64,000 bases of DNA, from the NCBI GenBank assembly GCA_965214405.1, contig OZ243956.1, positions 1,696,001 through 1,760,000 on the forward strand. The letters are read 5' to 3'. The first letter of the stretch is position 1, and each line of letters opens with the position of its first letter. The notes under the pieces are model-generated. The model did no database searches. It saw only the letters and a program-made list of their open reading frames with translations, and had not been told where the DNA came from. Shown piece by piece: positions 10,116 through 20,043 of the stretch. The translations under genes and the position numbers were made by a program. Origin of the DNA: Trueperaceae bacterium. GTDB lineage: Bacteria > Deinococcota > Deinococci > Deinococcales > Trueperaceae.

Positions 10116-11182
10116 GCACTTCACCACTCCGCCTCGTCTTTCTGGGCCTTTCCATCACCTCCTCGTGGGGCAACGGCCACGCGACGACCTACCGCGGTTT
10201 GTTACACGAACTCGCCGCGCAGGGTCACGAGGTGCTGTTTTTGGAGCGAGATGTGCCCTGGTACGGGTCTAACCGTGACCTTCCAAGGCCGCCCTATGGC
10301 CGAACGGAGCTTTATCAAAACCTCGAGGATTTAACACGCTTCGAAAATGAGGTGCGTGGCGCAGACGCCGTCATCGTCGGTTCCTACGTGCCCGAAGGCG
10401 TCAAAGTAGGCGAATGGGTCCTAAGCTTAGCGGAAGGCCTCACCGCCTTTTACGACATTGACACCCCCGTCACGCTCGCCAAACTCGCGCGCGGCGAGAC
10501 CGACTACCTTTCCCCCGACCTCATCCCCCGCTACGACCTCTATTTGTCCTTTACAGGCGGGCCGACGCTTCAGACCGTAGAGCATCACTACGGCTCGCCT
10601 TGCGCCAGGCCCCTCTACTGCTCCGTGGACCCGGCGCTCTACTACCCGGAGGTGACGGATGTGTGCTGGGACGTGGGTTACCTGGGCACCTACAGCGAGG
10701 ACCGGCAGGGGACGTTGGAGAGGTTGCTGCTCGAGCCCGCCCGCAGGTATCCAAAAGGAAAGTTTATCGTCGCAGGTCCGCTTTATCCCGACGCTATTGC
10801 GTGGCCCCACAACGTCACCCGCACCGAGCACCTGCCCCCCGCGCAGCACCGTCACTTTTACAACGCTCAACGCTTCACGCTCAACGTGACCCGCGCCGAC
10901 ATGATTCGCGCGGGCTACGCGCCCAGCGTGCGCCTCTTCGAAGCCGCCGCGTGCGGCGTGCCCATCATCAGCGACACCTGGGACGGACTCGAGACTTTTT
11001 TCGAGCCCGGCAAAGATATCCTACTCGCCCGTTCACCCGAAGACACACTCGCTTATCTGGAGATGGACGAGCCCGCGCGGCTCGAGGTGGGCGCGCGGGC
11101 GCGGGCGCGCGTGCTGGGGGCGCACACGGCGGCGCACCGGGCGGGGGAGCTTGTCAAGTACCTGCGAGAACTTCGGGGGTAG
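10112..11182 (+). CDS. CgeB-family glycosyltransferase
   Basis: 'SSWGNGHATTYRG', 'SVRLFEAAACG', 'HTAAHRAGEL'; ATGA overlap. Confidence 0.85.
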   Translation: MSTSPLRLVFLGLSITSSWGNGHATTYRGLLHELAAQGHEVLFLERDVPWYGSNRDLPRPPYGRTELYQNLEDLTRFENEVRGADAVIVGSYVPEGVKVGEWVLSLAEGLTAFYDIDTPVTLAKLARGETDYLSPDLIPRYDLYLSFTGGPTLQTVEHHYGSPCARPLYCSVDPALYYPEVTDVCWDVGYLGTYSEDRQGTLERLLLEPARRYPKGKFIVAGPLYPDAIAWPHNVTRTEHLPPAQHRHFYNAQRFTLNVTRADMIRAGYAPSVRLFEAAACGVPIISDTWDGLETFFEPGKDILLARSPEDTLAYLEMDEPARLEVGARARARVLGAHTAAHRAGELVKYLRELRG

Positions 11183-11406
11183 CCGTGCCCGAGGGTGGGG
11201 GAAGCTCGAGCACCCTTCGACTTCGCACATAGTTTGAATATAGCCGCCCAAAGAACAGTGCGCCGCCTTTTCGTCCCTCTCCGCACCGCCCTCCCTACAC
11301 CGTCTTTGCGCTACGGAAAAGCGCCTCGAGCCCATCCGAAAGCCCGTAGCCCCGCCCGAAATCCTCCTCAGGTCCCGCCACGTTAGAATGGACCTCAGGA
11401 GGTCCT

Positions 11407-11670
11407 ATGAACGACGAACAAACCCAGATTTTAGACCTGCTTAGGCGTGACCCGGCAAGCAACAAACTCGTACGAGATGGCGGCGACAACCGCTGGTATG
11501 TCTACGAATTGGGCGACAACCCGCCCACCATCACCGACGTGCGGGGAGACGTGGGGGACGCGCTGCTTACTGGAGGTCACGTCCGTTACGTTGAGGACGA
11601 GGTGAGGCGTACGGAGTTGCCCGATATCTACTCAGTTTATGAGTTGAGCAGCGAGGGCGGAAACGAGTAG
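11407..11670 (+). CDS. Hypothetical protein (87 aa)
   Basis: TAGAAT box and AGGAGG RBS upstream; protein-like composition. Confidence 0.6.
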   Translation: MNDEQTQILDLLRRDPASNKLVRDGGDNRWYVYELGDNPPTITDVRGDVGDALLTGGHVRYVEDEVRRTELPDIYSVYELSSEGGNE

Positions 11671-11820
11671 CAAGTAACGCCCCAGTTTGGGACACACTCG
11701 CTATGTAGAACACCGTTCAGAACGTGCTTTCGGTGACGAAACCAGCGTTCATTTGTCTCAGTTTGTCGTGGTGCTAAAGTAAGGCTCGTTTAGCAGGCAA
11801 GGCTCGAGCCCACACAAACC

Positions 11821-11848
11821 AAAAAGGCGACCTCAAAGGCCGCCTTTT
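11821..11848 (-). terminator. Intrinsic terminator of rpoD
   Basis: Minus strand AAAAGGCGGCC-TTTGA-GGTCGCCTTTTT: GC stem plus U tract just after the rpoD stop. Confidence 0.8.
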
Positions 11849-11865
11849 CACGTTTTGGGCTCTGC

Positions 11866-13233
<1,368 letters not shown>

Positions 13234-13391
13234 TGGGTCTCCTTGCTGATTCCCCCATGTTGCTGGTGTTGCTATCTGACTGTTAAAAGTTGTGGATTGT
13301 TTCTTTGCGGGTTTTCCCGTCAGTTTGTCTAATCGGTAAGGGGTGAGCGCCGAAAAGCTTCAGCCCTCGCCTTCGCGTCGTCATCGCCTAA

Positions 13392-13418
13392 ATTATAGAC
13401 CATGTGACGCGGCGCACA
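13392..13418 (-). promoter_or_regulatory. Putative rpoD promoter (-10 TATAAT) with an adjacent CRP-family-like box
   Basis: Minus-strand TATAAT at 13392-13397; TGTGA-CGCGGC-GCACA at 13403-13418, one mismatch from TGTGA-N6-TCACA. Confidence 0.5.
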
Positions 13419-13505
13419 CGTGGAGGTGCGTACATTCGGGGCGGACGCCGAAACGATGCACCGCTACGCCCGCCCCAGAAATATGCTTGAAGAGAAGCTT
13501 AAGGG

Positions 13506-14177
13506 TTAAAGAACCTGCATCACGTAGTTGTCGGTGGCCGCCTCGAGCCCCGCCGGGTTGGCGACGTACACGCCCCGCGTGCCCGAAAGCGCGCCCTCGT
13601 TACGAAGTTCGCCCAAAATGCGGGTGATGGTCACGCGCGACGAGCCGACGAGCGCGGCCAAATCTTCGTGCGTCAGCGCCAGAGGCAGCTTCACGCCCAT
13701 CTGGTCATCCGCACCTTGCCCGAAGCGCTCGCTGAGGCGCAAGAAGGCGCGGGTCACGCGGGCACCCACGGGCAGCTCGGCGTCGTCCATCACTTCGCGG
13801 CCCCGGCGCAGTTGCAACGCGAGGCTCTGCAGGATGGCGTCGCGCAGCCTGCGGTCGTTCATCGACTGCGCAGGGTCGACCGGGACGAGCGTGGCGTCGT
13901 GGATGGCGACGACGGTCTCGGCGTGCGTTTCGCCGCTCAGCGCCGCCGTGCCGAGCACGTCGCCGGGGCCGTAGAGGTCGGCGATGCGGTCGCGGCCCAC
14001 CGACGTGGGCACGATGGCCTTGAGCACGCCGCCGGTGACGATGTAAAGCGACGAGGCCTCACGGCCCGCTTCGTAAAGAACGTCGCCCGGCTCGAGCGTC
14101 CGCGTGGGCAAAGCCAGCGTCTGGGGCACGAGGTCCGGGGAAAATCGGGGCGAGTGGGTGGGGGTCATATGGGTCAT
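13506..14177 (-). CDS. Crp/Fnr-family transcriptional regulator
   Basis: cNMP-like domain ('LYIVTGGVLK', 'GPGDVLG') and HTH 'LTHEDLAALVGSSRVTITRILGEL'. Start set at ATG 14177 after AAAAGGTGA. Confidence 0.9.
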   Translation of the reverse strand: MTHMTPTHSPRFSPDLVPQTLALPTRTLEPGDVLYEAGREASSLYIVTGGVLKAIVPTSVGRDRIADLYGPGDVLGTAALSGETHAETVVAIHDATLVPVDPAQSMNDRRLRDAILQSLALQLRRGREVMDDAELPVGARVTRAFLRLSERFGQGADDQMGVKLPLALTHEDLAALVGSSRVTITRILGELRNEGALSGTRGVYVANPAGLEAATDNYVMQVL

Positions 14178-14366
14178 ACAATCACCTTTTTGGTTGACTA
14201 GAGGGTGACAAAAGGTTGCAAATTGGTCTGGTGGGGTTTGCGTGAAGCAACTTGTTTGAACTGTCTCGTCTGAACTGTTTTGTGGCTGGAAGTAATACTG
14301 ATGTGACGATGGCGCGACAGTCAAGCGGCAACACAGGGCGGGAGTGACACTCCCTCAGTAAGGTAT

Positions 14367-14395
14367 ATTGTACCTGATTTTTTAAGGTTTGTCTA
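14367..14395 (-). promoter_or_regulatory. Sigma70-type promoter for the Crp/Fnr gene
   Basis: Minus strand TAGACA-17 nt-TACAAT. Confidence 0.6.
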
Positions 14396-14572
14396 GTCCC
14401 TCTTCTCGCGCTACACGCGGTTTAAGAGAATGTATACAAGAATGAATGCTCATGGTTTACACGCACGTGCGCGCAGTCCTATAGTTATAGAGCTACGCGT
14501 GAGGAGTTTCTGCAAGCTGTGTGACAGTTTTCCGGGATAATGACGCTGGTACTCCGCTGAACCCCCTGACGT

Positions 14573-15331
14573 TTAGGAAGAGTGTAAAACGTTACTAAAA
14601 TGCTTGAAACGTTCACACACCTCCCGGTGCCGCTCGGCAAGCGCCTCGAGCGAATCGATTCGGTAGCAACGCTCGAGCTCCACCACCACATCCCTTGGTA
14701 AATCTCTGTAGAGATCTTTCAATCCAAAGTCGGATTTGCGCGGCGTGTGGATGAGACGCAGGAGTTCAGTTAACGGCCCCAAGCTGTAAACGTGATATGC
14801 CCCCAACGCCTCTAAAAAGAGGCCCCTGCGAATGTTTTTCTCAACCCAGACCTGCCGCACCGGGAACGCCTTTATCAGCGCCTCCGCCCTCTCCTGTAAC
14901 GCCTCTTCCGCCTCGTCCCACACCTGAAAGCGTATGACGTTCCCTTTGTCAAATAGAATCTCTACCGCGTCTATACCCTCACGAAACGTTCCGCTACGGC
15001 TGCGAGCTTGCACGCACAAGTCGAGGAGCAGAAATGGTGACGTACCCTCTAAGTGAAAGAAAACCTGCCTTAGGAGCGGGTGAGGGTGCGGCGTTTCATG
15101 CTCGAGCTCGAGCGGCGCAACCCTCTTCAATACTGTCCGCACAAGGTCCAGCACCGCGTCCTCTTCCCCGTCCGCCACGCTCAGCCACAAGTCGATGTCC
15201 GAATAGGCGTCAACCGTACAGAGTGCGTCGGCACCTTCTAGCCACATGGCGACGACGTGAGGGTGGGGTTCCAACGCTCTGCGGAGAGGCTCGAGGATGC
15301 GTTCTCGGTCTAAGTCACGCCTCGTCACCAT
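14573..15331 (-). CDS. Nucleotidyltransferase-fold protein (DNA pol beta superfamily, aminoglycoside/lincosamide NTase-like)
   Basis: 'WLEGADALCTVDAYSDIDLW' (G-x..DxD motif) followed by a helical C-terminal domain. Confidence 0.7.
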   Translation of the reverse strand: MVTRRDLDRERILEPLRRALEPHPHVVAMWLEGADALCTVDAYSDIDLWLSVADGEEDAVLDLVRTVLKRVAPLELEHETPHPHPLLRQVFFHLEGTSPFLLLDLCVQARSRSGTFREGIDAVEILFDKGNVIRFQVWDEAEEALQERAEALIKAFPVRQVWVEKNIRRGLFLEALGAYHVYSLGPLTELLRLIHTPRKSDFGLKDLYRDLPRDVVVELERCYRIDSLEALAERHREVCERFKHFSNVLHSS

Positions 15332-15351
15332 TATTCCGGCTCAGTTGAACC

Positions 15352-15873
15352 TCAGAATCCGCCTCGCTCATCCGCGGTGGGGCCGTACATCGGCGGCACG
15401 GGCACGTCCAGCAGGCGCAGGTAGACGCCGAGCTGGCCGCGGTGGTGGATCATGTGGCTAAGGCCCATGCTTCGCAGCGCGGCGGCCTTGGGGCGGCTCA
15501 TCATCACCTGTTCCCCACGCGTGAGCGTCCAGGTGCGCCCCAGCGCCTCTTCGTCGGTCTGTTCTAATGCGGCTTTAAGCGCCGCGGCGTTCTCGTCAAA
15601 CGCATGTAAAATTTCGTCGCGGCTCGAGGGCGTCGCCTGCGGTCTTGGTGGCGGAGACGCAAAATCGAACGCGTCGCCCTCTAAGATGCCCCGCTGCCAA
15701 AAAACGAGGTTGGTGATGTGCGCTGCCAAGCCGCCCAAACTCATCGACTTTTCGTGCGGCTTCCAGTCGAAATGTTCGTCGGGCAGACGCTCCAACACGC
15801 GGCGGGTCGTGGCAAGCTCGTGCGTCAGGTCGCCGACGGCGAGGTCTTTGAGTGTAGGGGAAGGTTGGGTCAT
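15352..15873 (-). CDS. DinB/YfiT-family protein
   Basis: 'WKPHEKSMSLGGLAAHI', 'HMIHHRGQLGVYLRL..VPPMYGPTADE'; TATTGT box 7 nt before ATG 15873. Confidence 0.9.
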   Translation of the reverse strand: MTQPSPTLKDLAVGDLTHELATTRRVLERLPDEHFDWKPHEKSMSLGGLAAHITNLVFWQRGILEGDAFDFASPPPRPQATPSSRDEILHAFDENAAALKAALEQTDEEALGRTWTLTRGEQVMMSRPKAAALRSMGLSHMIHHRGQLGVYLRLLDVPVPPMYGPTADERGGF

Positions 15874-16044
15874 GACTGGCACAATAACACGAGGAAAAGG
15901 CGATTTTGGTGTGGCATCTCGAGGCAAACGTGCGGCTATTTCAGCCTAACTGGGACCGCCTACCAACCACAAAGAGCCCGGTTCTGAAAATTTGTTACGT
16001 GCTACGAATCCGCAAGAACCTGTTATGCTCTAAGCAGCACGCCG

Positions 16045-16211
16045 TTGTGTCTAGGGTTCCGCGTTTGTTCTCGCCTATGAAACTGCGTGGGTAAAGCAGA
16101 ATAATAATGCGTGGGTAAAGCAGAATAATAAGAGGATGAACGGACCGTGACCAAGCGGCACCAAGTCGTTGGTATCTGGCGACTACACCTAAAGGGACAA
16201 AAGCCCGGAGG
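16045..16211 (+). ncRNA. ykkC-yxkD-family riboswitch aptamer (ligand subtype uncertain)
   Basis: CTAGGGTTCCG (16051-16061), GACCAAGCG junction, P2 hairpin AGTCGTTGG-TAT-CTGGCGACT, then ACACC..GGGACAAAAGCCCGGAGG. Extended -10 TG-T-TATGCT at 16021-16029. Lies directly upstream of a transporter RBS. Confidence 0.8.
16084..16131 (+). repeat. 24-bp perfect tandem duplication inside the riboswitch variable arm
   Basis: TGCGTGGGTAAAGCAGAATAATAA x2. Confidence 0.95.
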
Positions 16212-16247
16212 CTCGAGCCACCCCCATGCGGGTGGGAAGGAGCTTTT

Positions 16248-17117
16248 ATGACGCTTTTTGCCTTGGGTCTCGTTTTATCAGCCGCGTTTATCCACGCCAC
16301 CTGGAATCTGTTTGCCAAAAAGGTGGGCGGCGGCGCGCCTTTTGTGTGGCTCTTTAGCGCGCTGTCGACCTGTCTTTACGCCCCTCTCGCGCTGGGTGCG
16401 TTTCTCATTCAAAAACCGATGATTGACAGGGTCGGCCTCATATTCCTGGCGGGTAGCGCCGCGCTGCACCTGGTTTACTTTCTGGTGCTTCAGCGCGGCT
16501 ACAAAGTCGGCGATTTGTCGCTGGTCTACCCGCTGGCAAGGGGCACCGGGCCAGCGCTGTCGACGGTCCTCGCCATCATCATCTTTGCAGAGCGTCCCTC
16601 GGCGCTCGCTTTGGCGGGGGCGGGACTCGTCATCTTCAGCGTTTTTTTGCTGGCGGGCGGCACCAAGCTGTTTAGCCGAGGGTTTCAGACGCAGACGGGG
16701 AACGCTATAGGTTTTGGCCTCCTCACGGGTACGCTCATTGCGGCTTACACCCTTTGGGACAAACAGGCGGTGAGCACCTTGCTGATACCTCCCCTCATCC
16801 TCGACTGGGCCACGGGCTTGGGGAGAACGACCCTTTTGGCTCCCGTCGCGTTTAGGAACTGGGGCGCGGTCAAAGCGCACTGGCGAGGTCAGCGCAAAGA
16901 AACGCTCATCGTCGCGGCGCTCAACCCGCTTTCTTACATCCTCATCCTCACGGCGCTCACGTTTTCGCCCGTGAGTTACGTTGCGCCTGCGAGGGAAATA
17001 AGCATCTTGATTGGGGCGGCGATGGGGGCAAAGTTTCTTCAAGAGGGGGATGTGAGGCGGAGGCTTACGGCGGCTTCTCTGATGGTCGTGGGGATTATCG
17101 CTTTGGCTTTGGGATGA
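16248..17117 (+). CDS. EamA/DMT-family transporter
   Basis: About 10 TM helices; 'SAAFIHATWNLFAK', 'GDLSLVYPLARGTGP', 'VSYVAPAREISIL'. Confidence 0.9.
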   Translation: MTLFALGLVLSAAFIHATWNLFAKKVGGGAPFVWLFSALSTCLYAPLALGAFLIQKPMIDRVGLIFLAGSAALHLVYFLVLQRGYKVGDLSLVYPLARGTGPALSTVLAIIIFAERPSALALAGAGLVIFSVFLLAGGTKLFSRGFQTQTGNAIGFGLLTGTLIAAYTLWDKQAVSTLLIPPLILDWATGLGRTTLLAPVAFRNWGAVKAHWRGQRKETLIVAALNPLSYILILTALTFSPVSYVAPAREISILIGAAMGAKFLQEGDVRRRLTAASLMVVGIIALALG

Positions 17118-17169
17118 AAGCGTCTGAAGTCTTGACCATTTCTCACGTTGAACGAGATGAACGCACCGC

Positions 17170-20034
17170 TCATCTCGTTCTAAACTGGAGTCCAGCCACC
17201 CGCTGACCGATACAGGTGCCTTGCCCTAAGCCATTCTCGACCGCAGCCCGGTAATGGATGCCGCCATACAAGCGAGATATGGCCGCCTCCTGCGCCGCCG
17301 CCATAAACGAGTCGTAGTGGCGGGGTCCAAAGCCCAAATTCTCGTGCGTGTGGTCGGTAAAAGGAACCTCGCCAAACAAGTCGGTCAGCACCTCCGCCGC
17401 CGCGCCCGACTGAACCGAGTGACCGGACGGGTACTCGGGAAAAGGCGGCGTGAGCACCGGGTCGGTGATATTAGACGCGTTCCAATCCGGGTCGATAACG
17501 CGCTGAATATAGGTGATGGGCCGGACCACGTTGTACTGGTATTTGGCGCTCCAGCAGGCGATAAACGCGTCCGCAAGCCCGACGCCGAGCGAGGCGTAAG
17601 CGACGCTCGCTTTTTCTAAGCTGTAGCCGCCTTCGCTCAAAAACCGCGTCAGGATATCTACCCAGTGACCGGGCGGCGTGGCAGTCTCGCCGGGGTCGTC
17701 AGCCCAGTAGCGGGCGGTGTCTCGCTGTTCGGGGGTGAGCGTCTGGACGGTCTCATAAACCTCGAGCGCGTCTGCATAAAAAGCCGAAGCGGGGCTTTCC
17801 GAATAGGCGAGCGGCGGCTGAACCCGGCAATCCTCCGGCGCGGCGATAAAAGGACGGTTGCGCCCCCAGGTGGGCAGGAGCGCGCCCGCGTAGGCGGGGG
17901 GCGTACTTACCCAAAGACCTGGTCCGGCGGGTGGTTTGTAGTCTGCTGGAAAGTTGTTCGCGTACCCTTCGGCCCCGCCGTCCTCTTGCGCCCACGCGTA
18001 AACGGCCTCGGCGACCGCGCGCCCTTGGGCGGCGGAGCGCTCGAGCGTCGCCGCGTCAGCGTCTCCCGCTAAGCGCCGCGCCAGGGTCGCCTCGAGCGCG
18101 TCTATCTTGCGCTGCGCCTCGGGCGAGGCGTCGCCGAAGAGGCGGCGGCTGACGCCAGCCAGCGCGCTGTTCGCCACGCTCGGCCAAGAATAGTGCGCGT
18201 CCGGGTCGGGGGCGGGGAGGGGTGGCAAGCCGCTGAGTTGCCCCGCCAGACTTGCGTAACCGTCCATGCCGGGAGCGACCGATTCGTAAAGGGTGACGCC
18301 CAAGTAAGCAAACGCGCGTGACGCCACGGGCGGCGTGAAGCCGGGGGTTTCTTTCACAAGGTCCAAGGCCAGCTCGAACCAGCGCGTCGCCACGTCAGCG
18401 TCCTCAGCGCCGTTGACGTAGGTGAGTGCTAAGATCTGGTCGCGCGCTACATCGTGAAAGGTCTGCTCGAGCCCGTCCGGCCACACCACCCTGAGCACGT
18501 CTACCCTCGCCTCACCCAAGCCGAAGTGGAGCCGGGGGTCGTGGCCTGCGCCAAGGCTCGAGCCCAGGATCACCTCGCGCATCTGCGTCACGCCGTCGCT
18601 GCCGGTCACGTAAACCCGCGCGCCCGCCGCGTCGCGGTTCACCGCGCCGCCGCCCGTGAGCGCGACCGTCAGCCAATGCTTCTCACCCGGACTTTCGTTG
18701 TGGAGGAGCGCGTAAGCCTTGTTCCAGTCTCCCCGCACGAAGTCCACGCGCCCGTCGTTGTCGTAGTCGGCGTAAGCGAAGCCCATCGTCGCACTGTCTT
18801 GAGCGTCCGCCTGGTCGTCCTGGGTTGTCTCAACATCTTCAAACGTGCCGTCACCCGAGTTGCGGTAGACGAGGTCGGGGTAAGGGTGGTGCATATCCTC
18901 CATGTCCGGCTGCCTTCCGCCGTACATGCCGGGCGGACCCGCCGCCACGCCGGAGGTCGCCACGTACAAGTCGAGCAGGCCGTCGTTGTCTAAGTCGACA
19001 AAGCCCGCGCCCCAGCCTACGGCCTCGCGGTGGCGGTCTATCACCATCACGCCCGCGCGCTCGCTCTCGTCTGCGAAGCGCCCGCCGCCCTCGTTGCGCG
19101 CCAAGAGCATCGGGCTCATCATGTTGGTGGCGAACAGGTCCTGACGCGCGTCGTTGTCGTAGTCGCCGACCGCGAGGCCCATCGCGTGCATCCTCATGTC
19201 CAGCCCCGCCTCGGCGGACGCTTCAGCCCAGCACCAGCCGCCGCAGCCGGGGCCGTCGTTGCGCCAAAAAACGTTGCCGACAGGGTTCGCCATCTTGTCG
19301 TTGACCACATAAAGGTCGGGGTCGCCGTCGTCATCGGCATCAAAAAAGGAGGCGGCAAACCCCGCGCCGAGCGTTTTGTCGGTGGTTGAACCCGCCTCGA
19401 GCAGCCCCGTCACGTCCTCAAAGGTGCCGTCGCCCAGGTTGTGATAGAGCGTGTCACGACTCCTGTTCACCTCTTCGGGCTCACACTCGGGCAGGCACGA
19501 CCAGTTCACCACATAGAGGTCTAAAAACCCGTCACCGTCATAGTCGCCCCAGGTGGCGGAGGTGCCCTTGCCCGCGTCGCCAACGCCCGCAACGTCGGTC
19601 ACATCGGTAAACTCTCCCCCGGCGTCGTTGTGAAAAAGGACGTTCGCCCCGTTATTCACCACGTAGAGGTCGCGCCAGCCGTCGTTGTCGTAGTCGGCCC
19701 AGAGCGCGCCGCCGCTTTTTATACTCGGCAAGCTCACGCTGCGGCTGAGAGGCGACACGCCAAAGGTGCCGTCACCCTCGTTGCGGTAGAGCACGTTATC
19801 CGCAAGGTTGCCCGTGACGTAGAGGTCCAAAAACCCGTCGTTGTCAACGTCGCCCCAGGCCTGACCGACCGCCAGGTAGCCCTCGCCCGTTCCCGCAGGG
19901 TCCCAAACGGCGCGGTGCGCGGCGCCGACCCCGCTGAGGACGCTCACATCACGAAGGACAATGCTTTGATTGGGTGTCTGGGCGAGGGCAAGAGAGGTCA
20001 GAGCGCCAAGGATGAGGAGATTAAGCGTTCGCAT
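17170..20034 (-). CDS. Secreted FG-GAP-repeat/ASPIC-UnbV protein fused to a vanadium-dependent haloperoxidase (PAP2) domain
   Basis: Signal peptide; repeated DxDxDG motifs (WGDVDNDGFLDLY, WADYDNDGWRDLY, WGDYDGDGFLDLY, GDYDNDARQDLF, FVDLDNDGLLDLY, ADYDNDGRVDF); ASPIC-type 'NRDAAGARV...LHFGLG..WPDG'; C-terminal K-x6-RP (KYQYNVVRP), PEYPSGH and SRLYGGIHY. Confidence 0.88.
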   Translation of the reverse strand: MRTLNLLILGALTSLALAQTPNQSIVLRDVSVLSGVGAAHRAVWDPAGTGEGYLAVGQAWGDVDNDGFLDLYVTGNLADNVLYRNEGDGTFGVSPLSRSVSLPSIKSGGALWADYDNDGWRDLYVVNNGANVLFHNDAGGEFTDVTDVAGVGDAGKGTSATWGDYDGDGFLDLYVVNWSCLPECEPEEVNRSRDTLYHNLGDGTFEDVTGLLEAGSTTDKTLGAGFAASFFDADDDGDPDLYVVNDKMANPVGNVFWRNDGPGCGGWCWAEASAEAGLDMRMHAMGLAVGDYDNDARQDLFATNMMSPMLLARNEGGGRFADESERAGVMVIDRHREAVGWGAGFVDLDNDGLLDLYVATSGVAAGPPGMYGGRQPDMEDMHHPYPDLVYRNSGDGTFEDVETTQDDQADAQDSATMGFAYADYDNDGRVDFVRGDWNKAYALLHNESPGEKHWLTVALTGGGAVNRDAAGARVYVTGSDGVTQMREVILGSSLGAGHDPRLHFGLGEARVDVLRVVWPDGLEQTFHDVARDQILALTYVNGAEDADVATRWFELALDLVKETPGFTPPVASRAFAYLGVTLYESVAPGMDGYASLAGQLSGLPPLPAPDPDAHYSWPSVANSALAGVSRRLFGDASPEAQRKIDALEATLARRLAGDADAATLERSAAQGRAVAEAVYAWAQEDGGAEGYANNFPADYKPPAGPGLWVSTPPAYAGALLPTWGRNRPFIAAPEDCRVQPPLAYSESPASAFYADALEVYETVQTLTPEQRDTARYWADDPGETATPPGHWVDILTRFLSEGGYSLEKASVAYASLGVGLADAFIACWSAKYQYNVVRPITYIQRVIDPDWNASNITDPVLTPPFPEYPSGHSVQSGAAAEVLTDLFGEVPFTDHTHENLGFGPRHYDSFMAAAQEAAISRLYGGIHYRAAVENGLGQGTCIGQRVAGLQFRTR

Positions 20035-20043
20035 CGCAGTCCT

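Noticed and set aside
11708..11718. GAAC-N3-GTTC as an SOS (Cheo) box; also GAAC-N2-GTTC near 31099
   Set aside because: Spacing differs from the GAAC-N4-GTTC consensus and no repair gene follows.
14573..15331. Antibiotic-resistance nucleotidyltransferase
   Set aside because: Only the fold motif is recognisable (GA instead of GS); substrate cannot be assigned and there is no mobile context.
16084..16131. Direct repeats as a mini CRISPR array (also 31901-31946 and 3531-3569)
   Set aside because: The copies are directly adjacent with no spacers, and there are no cas genes.
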